This document shows positions 16,028-25,483 of a stretch of 64,000 nucleotides of DNA, piece by piece. A model generated the notes under the pieces. The model was not told the origin of the DNA and did no database searches. It saw only the letters and a list, made by a program, of their open reading frames with translations. Origin of the DNA: a virus. The number at the start of each line of letters is the position of its first letter. Within the stretch, counting starts at the first letter, position 1. The DNA is taken from IMG/VR virus record IMGVR_UViG_3300033145_000668, positions 1-64,000 of that record; one strand, 5' to 3'. A program made the translations under genes and the position numbers.

Positions 16028-16888
16028 ATGACAGAAATGAAACATATTACAGAATTACTTAACACTGGGACTGCAACAGAAGGTTCACTTTTGATTGTAA
16101 AGAAAATTCACGACAAATTAGTAGAAGAAGTTGATAAGAGACTAATTCCAAGAGACCAAGCAGCTTTAATTATTGGACCATCAGGTATACCTGGGTCTAG
16201 TGTTGATGTTGACAGAGAAGACCCTAATTCATTAGCAATTAGAGAAATCGCTGAAGGTGCAGACATTTATATCGATAACCAAACATACGACAGTGTTAAT
16301 ATCAAACCGCTTAAATACGGTGTAGGTATTAGAATCACTAGAGAAATGATGGAAGATGGTAAATGGAATTTACTTGCTAGAAATATTACAACAGCAGGTA
16401 AAAGATTTGCAGAAAACGAAACAAGCTTAATTATAACGCAACTTGACTCAGCAGGAACAACTAACTCAGGAGGTTCGGCACTAACAGTAGCAGACATCAC
16501 AACAATGATGTATGATGTTGAAAACAGTGACTATATACCTTCAACGATGTTAATTGGTACAGAAGTATTAAATGATTTAAGAAACATTGATACATTTGTT
16601 GAAGCTGATAAACTTGGAAGTCGAGAAATGCTAGAAACAGGTTTTGTTGGAAGAATATACGGTATGAACTGTATGAGATTCTCAACAAATGCAGCTCCAT
16701 CATCTACTTATGCTAAATATGCATATGTATTCGATAAGAGTGAAGCATACTACATTGTAGAAAAAAGACCAATTACTGTTGAAAGATTTGAATTACATTC
16801 AAATGATATGTCAGCAGCTAGTATAACTCAAAGAATCGCGGTTAAGCTAATTAGAGCTAACGCAGTTTCTAAAACAACTACAAATTAA
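16028..16888 (+). CDS. Major capsid protein (HK97 fold)
   Basis: IAEGA.I, KYG..I.ITREMMED, GRIYGM motifs; 286 aa from ATG 16028. Confidence 0.88.
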   Translation: MTEMKHITELLNTGTATEGSLLIVKKIHDKLVEEVDKRLIPRDQAALIIGPSGIPGSSVDVDREDPNSLAIREIAEGADIYIDNQTYDSVNIKPLKYGVGIRITREMMEDGKWNLLARNITTAGKRFAENETSLIITQLDSAGTTNSGGSALTVADITTMMYDVENSDYIPSTMLIGTEVLNDLRNIDTFVEADKLGSREMLETGFVGRIYGMNCMRFSTNAAPSSTYAKYAYVFDKSEAYYIVEKRPITVERFELHSNDMSAASITQRIAVKLIRANAVSKTTTN

Positions 16889-16921
16889 TTACGTGAGTAA
16901 TTTTTCGCACTAGTATTAGGA

Positions 16922-16963
16922 GGGGTGTTTGATATACGCCCCATTATTATTTTTATTATTTTT
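16922..16963 (+). terminator. Hairpin plus T-rich tract after MCP
   Basis: ggggtgt-ttgatat-acgcccc then AT/T tract. Confidence 0.45.
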
Positions 16964-17042
16964 AAAATTATATCTAAAAAGAAATTAAGTCAATGACTTA
17001 ATTCAATTGAATTAATTAAATAAAACAAAAGGAGATAAATTT

Positions 17043-17534
17043 ATGGCAACAATGGTTGACGGTTTAGGAAGAGAAGAAGTTAGTCCTAGTGGATTAACTG
17101 TAAGTGGAACAGCATTAGCACAAAGTATGTATATGCTTGGAAGCTTAACTACAATAAACCAAATTAGCGGAGCAAATATTTATTCAACTGGAGCTCTAAA
17201 AGGTGAAAACGTTTACGGTGATACTGTTGTTAGTGGTGCTACTGTAAAAGGTACAACTGTTAATAATACAGATGGTGAATTACAATCTGTAGCAGTAGGA
17301 AGTCCGAGTTCGGTTTTCGGAGCATATATCCAAGCTGGTAGTGGAACATTAGATTCAGACTCAGGTCTGTGGTTAACATTCCCAACAGCATTCACAGGAC
17401 AACCAACAGTAGTGGTATCTAATATAACATCTATTAGTAGTGTTGTTAGTGTAGGAAGTGTTAGTACAGGTAGTTGTATGGCGTTCGGTGAAACAGCAGC
17501 AGATGAATTCAGTTGGATTGCAGTTGGATTATAA
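17043..17534 (+). CDS. putative virion protein (head fibre/spike-like)
   Basis: C-terminal IQAG...TFPTAF...P.VV...FSWIAVG fibre-tip pattern. Confidence 0.65.
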   Translation: MATMVDGLGREEVSPSGLTVSGTALAQSMYMLGSLTTINQISGANIYSTGALKGENVYGDTVVSGATVKGTTVNNTDGELQSVAVGSPSSVFGAYIQAGSGTLDSDSGLWLTFPTAFTGQPTVVVSNITSISSVVSVGSVSTGSCMAFGETAADEFSWIAVGL

Positions 17535-17606
17535 TTATTTTTTTATTTTTAATTAACGCGCAAGTCGCAAGTCGAAAGACGATAAGAATAGAAGGAGGTA
17601 AAATAA

Positions 17607-18005
17607 ATGGTTAGAGACAATAGAATAAAAACATATAGATTCCCAGTAGGAAGTTTAGTAGCTAGTGCTGGAGGTATAATAGATATACACACGCACACAC
17701 CTTTAAATGGATTATTACAAGCTGTAGAATATACAGGCGGTAATTATGGAGGTACTGGAAGCTTACAAATACTTTTATCAGGAACTAATACACAATTATT
17801 AGTTATAAAAAGTGGAACTGCTTTTGGTAATGATATAGCTACTGGTGATGCAATTTATCCAAGAGCAATAACTCGAGGAACAGATGGTTCATCTCAATCT
17901 GGATTAAATTATGCAGAGATGCCGCTTAATACGGTTATTAGAATAATTGGAAGCGGATTAGGTAATCAAAAATCTGGAACAGGTTTCAGTATAGGATATA
18001 TTTAA
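17607..18005 (+). CDS. putative virion structural protein
   Basis: AGGAGGT SD; G/S/T-rich. Confidence 0.65.
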   Translation: MVRDNRIKTYRFPVGSLVASAGGIIDIHTHTPLNGLLQAVEYTGGNYGGTGSLQILLSGTNTQLLVIKSGTAFGNDIATGDAIYPRAITRGTDGSSQSGLNYAEMPLNTVIRIIGSGLGNQKSGTGFSIGYI

Positions 18006-18024
18006 AATGAGGTTTATAAATTAA

Positions 18025-18411
18025 ATGGTAATATTTAATACGGGGTCGATAGCAACGCATGTCGGAAATGTAATAGGTTGGGATAATCTTAGCGCTATAA
18101 GTGGAACTACATTAATAGCCATGGCTTCTCAAGAAGTAAATTTCGTAGAAACTTATACATCTACAGCTATTTCTGATGATTATATAATAGAAAAATATCA
18201 AAGTCCGGTTATAGATTTGACAATGTCGAAAGCATTTATTTCAATAGATGCTCAAGGTGGTGGAATCAGTGATATTAAATTAGGTGATTTATGGGTAAAG
18301 GGTGGAAACAGTTCTAATGCTAAATTAGCGACCCAACTTCGCGCGGATGCTCTTTTACGTTTACGCGAATTACAGCGAGCAGTTAGTTTTAAAAGGGTGA
18401 TAGGTTGTTAA
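18025..18411 (+). CDS. Head-tail adaptor protein (putative)
   Basis: Size, position, IKLGDL.V beta-hairpin pattern. Confidence 0.6.
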   Translation: MVIFNTGSIATHVGNVIGWDNLSAISGTTLIAMASQEVNFVETYTSTAISDDYIIEKYQSPVIDLTMSKAFISIDAQGGGISDIKLGDLWVKGGNSSNAKLATQLRADALLRLRELQRAVSFKRVIGC

Positions 18412-18412
18412 A

Positions 18413-18817
18413 ATGACAATAGCTACAAAAGTAAATGATGCAGTTGCTTCTATAATAAACGACGGTGGTATAAGTACCACTATTAATATTATTTCTTATA
18501 CATTTATAGAAAGCGATTATGACGATGTACCAGAACAAACACAAACCGGAAGTACCGTTGTTAGTGGATTAGTGTTTCCAATTAATCTTATACAAGGTAG
18601 TTCAGAAGCATTTCTTGTAGAACAAGGAAAATTATTAACAGAAGATAAAATGATATATACAGGTTCGGTTTGTGTATCTGGGAATATTTTAGTTGAATTA
18701 AAATCGGGCGAGTATTATTCTATTAGACCTAGCGGTATACAAACATGGGAAATTAGTGGTAGCATTGCGTATCAAAAAATGTATCTAACAAGAAACTTAG
18801 ATGGAAGTAGATTTTAA
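18413..18817 (+). CDS. Head closure protein (putative)
   Basis: Size and position; G.L...DK.IY pattern. Confidence 0.55.
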   Translation: MTIATKVNDAVASIINDGGISTTINIISYTFIESDYDDVPEQTQTGSTVVSGLVFPINLIQGSSEAFLVEQGKLLTEDKMIYTGSVCVSGNILVELKSGEYYSIRPSGIQTWEISGSIAYQKMYLTRNLDGSRF

Positions 18818-18852
18818 AAATGATTAAAAAATTAAAAAGAGGTAATATTTAA

Positions 18853-19317
18853 ATGAAAGATAGTATAGGAATAAAAGGTAAGTTACATATTGTTTTAAAA
18901 GACGAAGATGGAAATATAAAACAAGATAAAGTTTTACACAATACGATTACTAACGGCATGGATGAACATATCGCAGACCAAATGAGCGACCAAACTGAAG
19001 CTCAAATTAGTTATATGTGTATTGGTTCCGGAACGGGCCAAAGCGCAGCATCAACAGATTTGTCTAATTTTATAAGTATAATGGCATTATCTGGAACTAG
19101 TCCAGTTCAAGGAACTGGTGGAGACGATAATGATGTTATTTATTCAGCATATTGGGCAGCAGCTGCAGGAACTGGAAGTATAAGAGAAGCTGGTATATTT
19201 ATAGGTTCAGCAACTTCAAGAGCGGATATGATGACATACAATGACGCGTTGACTGTTAATAAAGGAGTAAACGATACCTTAAAAATTGATTGGACTGTAA
19301 CATATGGTGCAAGTTAA
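18853..19317 (+). CDS. Tail-collar/fibre-attachment-like structural protein
   Basis: NTITN.G, YMCIGSG, IREAGIF, K...DTLKIDWTVT; paralog of 31942-32301. Confidence 0.65.
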   Translation: MKDSIGIKGKLHIVLKDEDGNIKQDKVLHNTITNGMDEHIADQMSDQTEAQISYMCIGSGTGQSAASTDLSNFISIMALSGTSPVQGTGGDDNDVIYSAYWAAAAGTGSIREAGIFIGSATSRADMMTYNDALTVNKGVNDTLKIDWTVTYGAS

Positions 19318-19360
19318 TTGTTTTTATTATATATTTTACTTTAAATAGAACATATTATAA

Positions 19361-22300
19361 ATGGCGGATAAAAAAATTACTGCTTTACCAGAACTTACCT
19401 CACCAGCAGATGCTGATTTATTAGTAATTGTTGACGATGTAGCTGGTGTTGCAACAACTAAGAAGGTAACTATGGCGAACATAGGTTCGTTAATAGACCA
19501 CGCAGCAATACAAAATATTGGAACTAATACGCATAGTGTTATTGATACGCATATAGATGGTGATGGTAGTGACCACGCTGACGTAGCTTCAAACACAGGA
19601 AGCTTAGCAGATAATTTAAATTTAATAACAAATAATACAGGTAGTATAGTATCTAATTTAGGTATTATAACAACTGTTTCTGGAGCAGGTTATACTAATA
19701 CTCAAGATATATTAGCCGTTTCTGGAGCTGGTGTTACAAATACTGCAGATATATTAACCGTATCTGGTGCAGGTGTTGCTGTTTCCGGAGCTATTGTTCC
19801 ATTAACTGATAACTCTATCTGCGACACTTTACATCGCCATTCGGAATTAGTAGCAAGTGATGGAAGTCCAGACCCAGCTTTGAGCGTTGATGCTACTGGA
19901 CAAGTAGGAATTGGAACGAGTAGTCCTTTACAAAAATTACATGTTGTTGGTGGGGAAGGAACACAACCTTCGATGTCAAATTCAAATATTTTAGTTATTC
20001 AGAATAATGATGATACAACAGATTCAAATTATTTGAGTATGATTGCAGGAAATACAGGAGATAATATAATTGAATTTGGAGATGAACAAGATAGAAATGC
20101 AGGAGTAATAAGGTATGATAATGATGGAGATATAATGTATTTTAAAACGAATGCAAATAATAGGATGGTAATTGATTCTGATGGGAATGTAGGGATTGGA
20201 ACGATTAGTCCAGATAGTGATTTACATATACAGAGGGATAGTGCAGGTACAATATCAGCGGGAATTAATTCAGTTCTTTCCTTAGAGCGTAGTACAAGTA
20301 TGTATCAGGAATTTCTTAGTCCTAATACAGCTTTTGCAGGTTTTGCTTGGAGTGACCCAGAACAATTTGGAGACGCTGCGATAACTTATAGTCATGTTTC
20401 TGGAGATATGTCTTTTAAAGCAAGAAACACAGGAATAATGACTTTAGATGGAGATAATGGAAGAGTGGGGATTGGGACGAGTAGTCCAGATAATAAATTA
20501 GAAATTGTTTTAAATAATGTTGATGATGGTTTGGCGATTATTGAATATGGAGATAGTACAGCAGGATTAATTAATATAAAAAGAGCACAAGGAACATTTG
20601 GAACTCCAACAGCAGTTGTGGATAATAAACAAATTGGAGCTTTCAATTTTAGAGGATATGATGGAGATAGTTTTGAAAATTCAGCAAGAATTATAGCTAA
20701 TGTGGATGGAGTTGTTAGTGATGGAGTTGTTCCGGGAGAATTAAGATTTTATACAACTGATTCATCTGGAAGTAGTGTTGAAAAAATGATAATTAGGGCT
20801 AATGGTAATGTGGGGATTGGGACGAGTAGTCCTGATACAAGTTTACATATTAGCACAACAGATACAGCAATAACTAATTTTTTAACACTTGCAGGAGATA
20901 GGAATGCAGGTGACACAGAAGTGGGTATTTTATTTAGAGATAGAAATGTTGTTACTGCTGGTGGTGGAAATGCATCGAGAATTTATGCTGATAGACAGGC
21001 TGGTTCTGATGATTTTGATTTAGTTTTTGAAACTGCTACAAATCATGTTTTAGCAGAAGGTATGAGAATAGACCAATCTGGAAATGTGGGGATTGGGACT
21101 AGTAGTCCAGCGTCAAAGTTACACATAAGAAGAGTTGATGGCAATGATGTAGCACCTTACATAATAATAGATGTCTTCAATTCGGGAGGTGATGAAGAGG
21201 GCGGAGGAATTAAGTTTGCTAATAGTCAATATGTATCGGATGAAGTTAATGCTGCTATTCGTATGGATACAGGAGATACTAGAAGAGATGGTGATTTATT
21301 GTTTTTAACTGGGCAAAGTGGGTCTATTTCAGAAAGAATGCGAATTAATCACGATGGAAATGTGGGGATTGGGACGACGAGTCCACAAGCACAAACACAT
21401 ATACAAGGAGTGGCAGTAACAGATGGAATTTCTCCTAATACTGCTTATGATGAATTAGTTTTAGAGAATAATGGACATGCAGGAATGACAATTTATTCAG
21501 GTGCTACTTCTAATGCAGGTATCAGATTTGGGACACATGATAAGAATACTCAAGGAGGATTTAGTTATTTTATGTCTGATGATACTTTAAATTTTTATAC
21601 CGTTAATACAAAACAGATGACTATTGATGAAGATGGAAATGTGGGGATTGGGACGGATAGTCCGACTTATAGATTTGATGTAGAGGGAGAGGGTGGAGTA
21701 ACTGACACATGGTTAGCACATGTTAACAACGCAGCAACAGGTCACGGAATACTGGTAGATGCAGGAGATTCATCATCACAATTTGCAGCACAATTTAGGA
21801 CAGCAGGGGGTGCGGCTCCTTTAATGGCTATTAGGTCAGATGGGAATGTAGGGATTGGGACGAGTAGTCCAAATTATCTTTCAGGTAATGGAAAATATTT
21901 GTCGATATTTGAAAGTTCTACTGGTGCATATGTGCAACTCATATCTTCAAGGTCAGATGGAGATAATGCTTTACTTGGAGGTATTCACGCAATACAAACA
22001 AGAGGAGATGATGGTTACGAAAATGTTGCAGATATTAATTTTAGAAGTCAGGGTTCAACTGCAAAAAAAAGAGGAGGGGAAATTCAGTTTTTAACACAAG
22101 CAGATAACGATGCTGATAATTTACAGATTAGAATGAATATTCAAGAAGATGGGAATGTAGGGATTGGGACGGATAGTCCACAAAATGATTTACATATTGC
22201 TGGAACAAGTGGAGAGGGCAGAATAAGATTTGAAGACCCAAATACACCAAGAAATAATTTTATCGGTATGACTTCTTATGATAATCTTATATTGGGTGCT

Positions 22301-22522
22301 GATGAGGGAGATGTCGGTGGTAGTAGTTATATGGGGTTTAGAGTTGATGGTTCTGAAGCAATAAGGATTATCGCTGGCGGGAATGTAGGAATTGGAGAAA
22401 CAGCCCCAGACAGCCCTTTAGAAGTTGCGGGAGACATTCATATATCCGATAGCGGAGATTTAATAATCGGAAGCACAACACTAACAGAAGCCAACCTTAT
22501 CGCACTTCTGGCTTTATTATAA
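19361..22522 (+). CDS. Long fibre protein with ten GNVGIGT modules
   Basis: MADKKITALPEL anchor; ten (G)NVGIGTxSP..L(H/E)(I/V) repeats. Confidence 0.82.
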   Translation: MADKKITALPELTSPADADLLVIVDDVAGVATTKKVTMANIGSLIDHAAIQNIGTNTHSVIDTHIDGDGSDHADVASNTGSLADNLNLITNNTGSIVSNLGIITTVSGAGYTNTQDILAVSGAGVTNTADILTVSGAGVAVSGAIVPLTDNSICDTLHRHSELVASDGSPDPALSVDATGQVGIGTSSPLQKLHVVGGEGTQPSMSNSNILVIQNNDDTTDSNYLSMIAGNTGDNIIEFGDEQDRNAGVIRYDNDGDIMYFKTNANNRMVIDSDGNVGIGTISPDSDLHIQRDSAGTISAGINSVLSLERSTSMYQEFLSPNTAFAGFAWSDPEQFGDAAITYSHVSGDMSFKARNTGIMTLDGDNGRVGIGTSSPDNKLEIVLNNVDDGLAIIEYGDSTAGLINIKRAQGTFGTPTAVVDNKQIGAFNFRGYDGDSFENSARIIANVDGVVSDGVVPGELRFYTTDSSGSSVEKMIIRANGNVGIGTSSPDTSLHISTTDTAITNFLTLAGDRNAGDTEVGILFRDRNVVTAGGGNASRIYADRQAGSDDFDLVFETATNHVLAEGMRIDQSGNVGIGTSSPASKLHIRRVDGNDVAPYIIIDVFNSGGDEEGGGIKFANSQYVSDEVNAAIRMDTGDTRRDGDLLFLTGQSGSISERMRINHDGNVGIGTTSPQAQTHIQGVAVTDGISPNTAYDELVLENNGHAGMTIYSGATSNAGIRFGTHDKNTQGGFSYFMSDDTLNFYTVNTKQMTIDEDGNVGIGTDSPTYRFDVEGEGGVTDTWLAHVNNAATGHGILVDAGDSSSQFAAQFRTAGGAAPLMAIRSDGNVGIGTSSPNYLSGNGKYLSIFESSTGAYVQLISSRSDGDNALLGGIHAIQTRGDDGYENVADINFRSQGSTAKKRGGEIQFLTQADNDADNLQIRMNIQEDGNVGIGTDSPQNDLHIAGTSGEGRIRFEDPNTPRNNFIGMTSYDNLILGADEGDVGGSSYMGFRVDGSEAIRIIAGGNVGIGETAPDSPLEVAGDIHISDSGDLIIGSTTLTEANLIALLALL
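19898..22408 (+). repeat. Ten dispersed ~30-nt direct repeats GGRAATGTRGGGATTGGGACGNNNAGTCC
   Basis: Starts at 19898, 20183, 20459, 20804, 21080, 21356, 21635, 21842, 22151, 22379. Confidence 0.8.
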
Positions 22523-22563
22523 CTATATAGTAGTTACGATATATTAAATTAGGAGGTATAAAA

Positions 22564-22722
22564 ATGATAGAAAATAAAGAAAATAAAGAAAATAAAGAAA
22601 AAGAAGTATCTGTAACAGATTTAAAAGCAATGATTTATGATATATTATTGGAAAAACAAATATTAAATGAAAATCAAATGAAAATAGAACAGATGATTAT
22701 TAAAAAACAAAATAAACAATAA
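22564..22722 (+). CDS. small coiled-coil protein, possible fibre chaperone
   Basis: AGGAGGT SD; LKAMIYD motif; 52 aa. Confidence 0.55.
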   Translation: MIENKENKENKEKEVSVTDLKAMIYDILLEKQILNENQMKIEQMIIKKQNKQ

Positions 22723-22782
22723 AAAACAAATAAAAATAAATGAAAACACTAAACAATAATTCAACTTTTGTTTTCAATTGAT

Positions 22783-23580
22783 ATGGCGGATTTTATATTA
22801 ATTGAAGACGGTGAATATATTCTTCAAGAAAGTGGAGATAAATTAATGTTAGAACTTCAAAAATATGTTAAAGCATTATTGGATAATTTAATACTTAATG
22901 ATAATTTTACAAAAGTGTCTAATATAAATAGACCATTAAATGAATCTTTATCATTAGTAGATAGTTTAATAAGATACGTAAACTATAATAAAAAAACAAA
23001 TGATTCCGTATTATTTTCAGACAGTGTAAGCGTGCAGCAAGAATTTACTGCAATATTGAATGAATTATTATATATAACTGATAATATTTCCACAACATCT
23101 AACTACATAATATTACCCTCAGATAGTATAATATTAGCTGATGATTTAAATAGAACTGTAAAAACAATATTAGAAATAAATGAGTCGGTTATATTAACTG
23201 ATAGTTTATTGGCTATAGAAATTGCATATATAATTCCCAGAAGTATAGAATTATTAATGGGTATAAGTAATATAAATTTAAGTATGTTTGACGAATCATT
23301 ATTATTAAAAACTTCAAAATCTAATATTAAAATAAAAGATTCAGGAACATTAATAACATCAATAATATTGAATTCATCAAATTCAAATATAATATTAAAA
23401 GACGCGGAAGTATTAACATTAATGTTATCAGATTCAAACATAATAATAAAAGATTCAGGAACATTAATAACATCAATAATATTGAATTCATCAAATTCAA
23501 ATATAATAATAAAAGATATAGGAGCATTAATATTAAAAGCATCAAATTCAAATATAATAATAAAGGAGGCAGCAATTTAA
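22783..23580 (+). CDS. repeat-rich putative virion protein
   Basis: ILIEDG.YILQE anchor; repeated (N/S)(E/D)S(L/V/I).L.D units. Confidence 0.65.
   Translation: MADFILIEDGEYILQESGDKLMLELQKYVKALLDNLILNDNFTKVSNINRPLNESLSLVDSLIRYVNYNKKTNDSVLFSDSVSVQQEFTAILNELLYITDNISTTSNYIILPSDSIILADDLNRTVKTILEINESVILTDSLLAIEIAYIIPRSIELLMGISNINLSMFDESLLLKTSKSNIKIKDSGTLITSIILNSSNSNIILKDAEVLTLMLSDSNIIIKDSGTLITSIILNSSNSNIIIKDIGALILKASNSNIIIKEAAI
23331..23508 (+). repeat. 64-nt exact duplication, 114-nt period
   Basis: 23331-23394 equals 23445-23508. Confidence 0.8.
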
Positions 23581-23913
23581 ATGGTACAAATTTTTAAAAT
23601 TAAGAAAAATGATACTAAACCAGTTATCTCAGCAACATTACAAACTAGTGATGGAACTGCAATAGATTTAAATGGAGCAACAGATGTGCATTTTAATTTA
23701 GGTAATTTACAATATGAAGCATTAACTTCAGGTACTTGTATAATAACAGGTAGTGAAACTGGACAAGTAGAATATCAATGGACTGGGTCTACTGACACCG
23801 GAAGTGTTGGAACTTGGTTTGGTGAATTTCAAGTTAGTTGGGGAGCAGGAAGTGTATTAACATTACCTAATAATCACGACTTAAAAATAATAGTATACGA
23901 AGACTATAATTAA
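23581..23913 (+). CDS. BppU-N-like baseplate/virion protein
   Basis: F.IKKNDT.P...L...G.AIDL.GA...G.V.Y.W...DT...G...GEF.V. Confidence 0.7.
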   Translation: MVQIFKIKKNDTKPVISATLQTSDGTAIDLNGATDVHFNLGNLQYEALTSGTCIITGSETGQVEYQWTGSTDTGSVGTWFGEFQVSWGAGSVLTLPNNHDLKIIVYEDYN

Positions 23914-24285
23914 ATGGTAGTTAAAGTAAAACTCTACGGAGTAAGAAATGTTTTGCGTTATTTATCGATTAAAGAAGCTGCTGTCAATAAAGGAATTGAT
24001 GAGGGTAGTATTCAGGCTGCTAACTTGTTAAAAGAAGAAGTTAAGGCTAGTATTAGAGGTCAGCGAGCTGAACCCAAATCGATTTTATCTGGAAAGTTTA
24101 TAGATTCGGTAGAATTAGCAACACAAAAAAATGCAGTTGTTGTATTTTCAGATGTTGAATATGCTAAATTCATCGAATTTGGGACTCGTAAAATAAATCC
24201 TCGTTCCCACTTTAAGAATTCTGCTGACAGAAATAAGAATAAAATTACTAAAATTATGAAAAATAGTGTTGGTAAAAAGCTATAA
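23914..24285 (+). CDS. HK97 gp10-like neck/tail completion protein
   Basis: VEYAKFIEFGTRKI.PR..F motif. Confidence 0.82.
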   Translation: MVVKVKLYGVRNVLRYLSIKEAAVNKGIDEGSIQAANLLKEEVKASIRGQRAEPKSILSGKFIDSVELATQKNAVVVFSDVEYAKFIEFGTRKINPRSHFKNSADRNKNKITKIMKNSVGKKL

Positions 24286-24315
24286 CTATATAGATATTAT
24301 TTAAACCTTTATAAG
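24286..24315 (+). promoter_or_regulatory. Bipartite promoter CTATATAG-N14-TTTATAAG (tail operon)
   Basis: Exact 14-nt spacing. Confidence 0.7.
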
Positions 24316-24360
24316 TAAGTAAATATTCATATCATCAAATAAAATCCAAGCGAGGGTATT

Positions 24361-24516
24361 ATGGAAATAGATAAGTCAAGCGAGACTAAAGAAATAAAGA
24401 AAATAGAAGTAAAGAAAGAACAAAAGAAAGTTTTAATTCTCTGTAATTCGTGTAAAGCCGAATTACCTAAAATACTTGATAAGAACATCTGTCCAAATTG
24501 CGGTTGTAAGAACTGA
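24361..24516 (+). CDS. small zinc-ribbon protein (51 aa)
   Basis: CNSC...CPNCG; TGATG overlap with next gene. Confidence 0.55.
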   Translation: MEIDKSSETKEIKKIEVKKEQKKVLILCNSCKAELPKILDKNICPNCGCKN

Positions 24517-24962
24517 TGGCAATTTCGTCGGAAACTTTTATTTCAGACATAGTTCTGTTCATTAGAAATTTACTTCGAACTAGATTAGAAGACCCTATAC
24601 AAACTAGAACTGAAGCATTTGTTATGACTAGTTATCCAAAAAGAAAAACACAATATCCTCTAATTACAATAAAACAAACTAATGCCGCAACTACTAAATT
24701 GGGAATGTCATCTGAGGTTCATCAAGCTACTGTAGATATTGAAGTTAGAATATGGGCGAGAAATTCTAAAGAATCAGATAAATTATCTGCCGAAGTTATT
24801 CAAATCTTAAGACAAAATCAATACGGAGCGAGCGGAACAGATAACGAAGAAATATTTGGATTTAAAATTGATTCATTAAATTCAATGGTAGAAACAGAAG
24901 GTGAAAAAACAATCCACAGTAAAATAATAGCGTTGGAGTACAAAGCTATTTTGACCGGGTAA
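24516..24962 (+). CDS. Tail terminator protein (putative)
   Basis: YPLITI...IEVRIWA pattern; precedes tail tube. Confidence 0.7.
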   Translation: MAISSETFISDIVLFIRNLLRTRLEDPIQTRTEAFVMTSYPKRKTQYPLITIKQTNAATTKLGMSSEVHQATVDIEVRIWARNSKESDKLSAEVIQILRQNQYGASGTDNEEIFGFKIDSLNSMVETEGEKTIHSKIIALEYKAILTG

Positions 24963-24976
24963 TAAAAATAATAAAA

Positions 24977-25483
24977 ATGATAAAAAAATGTTTACAATGC
25001 AATAAAGAATTAACATATCAAAAGAAGTTTTGTAGTCGTCAATGTGCTCAAGATTCCGGTGTTTCAGTTAATACAGGAAGAACTAGATTTAAAAAAGGAA
25101 TTATACCGTGGAATAAAGGAAAACAAGTTTTAAAAACTAAAGGTGAAAACCATTGGAATTGGAAAGGCGGAGTATCATTTGAAAAATATCCAGAAAAATT
25201 TTATTTAATAAAACCAAAAATTAGAGAACGAGATAATCATATTTGTCAAATGTGTAACAAATATACTCGAGGTATTAAATTAGACGTTCATCATATAGAT
25301 TATAATAAACAAAATAATAAAGAAAATAACTTAATTTCATTATGTCATAAATGTAATATGAAATGTAATATTAAAAGAGAATACTGGACTTGGCAGTTAC
25401 AGGTTTTTATGAATTTATTCAACAATACCAATCATGAATTAAATATGATATATAATAATAAAATGGAGGTTAAACAAAAATGA
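24977..25483 (+). CDS. HNH homing endonuclease
   Basis: PWNKG, NWKGG, RD.H.CQMC, VHHIDYNK.NN..NLISLC..C. Confidence 0.88.
   Translation: MIKKCLQCNKELTYQKKFCSRQCAQDSGVSVNTGRTRFKKGIIPWNKGKQVLKTKGENHWNWKGGVSFEKYPEKFYLIKPKIRERDNHICQMCNKYTRGIKLDVHHIDYNKQNNKENNLISLCHKCNMKCNIKREYWTWQLQVFMNLFNNTNHELNMIYNNKMEVKQK

Noticed and set aside
17556-17585. CGCAAGT repeat with gtc-GAAA-gac mini hairpin
   Set aside because: Single occurrence with a 3-bp stem; too weak to call.
19898-22408. CRISPR array or DGR
   Set aside because: Repeats are in-frame, degenerate and 200-350 nt apart; no reverse transcriptase or adenine-specific TR/VR pair seen.
22523-22552. Fifth bipartite promoter
   Set aside because: CTATATAG is present but there is no TTTATAA at the 14-nt spacing.
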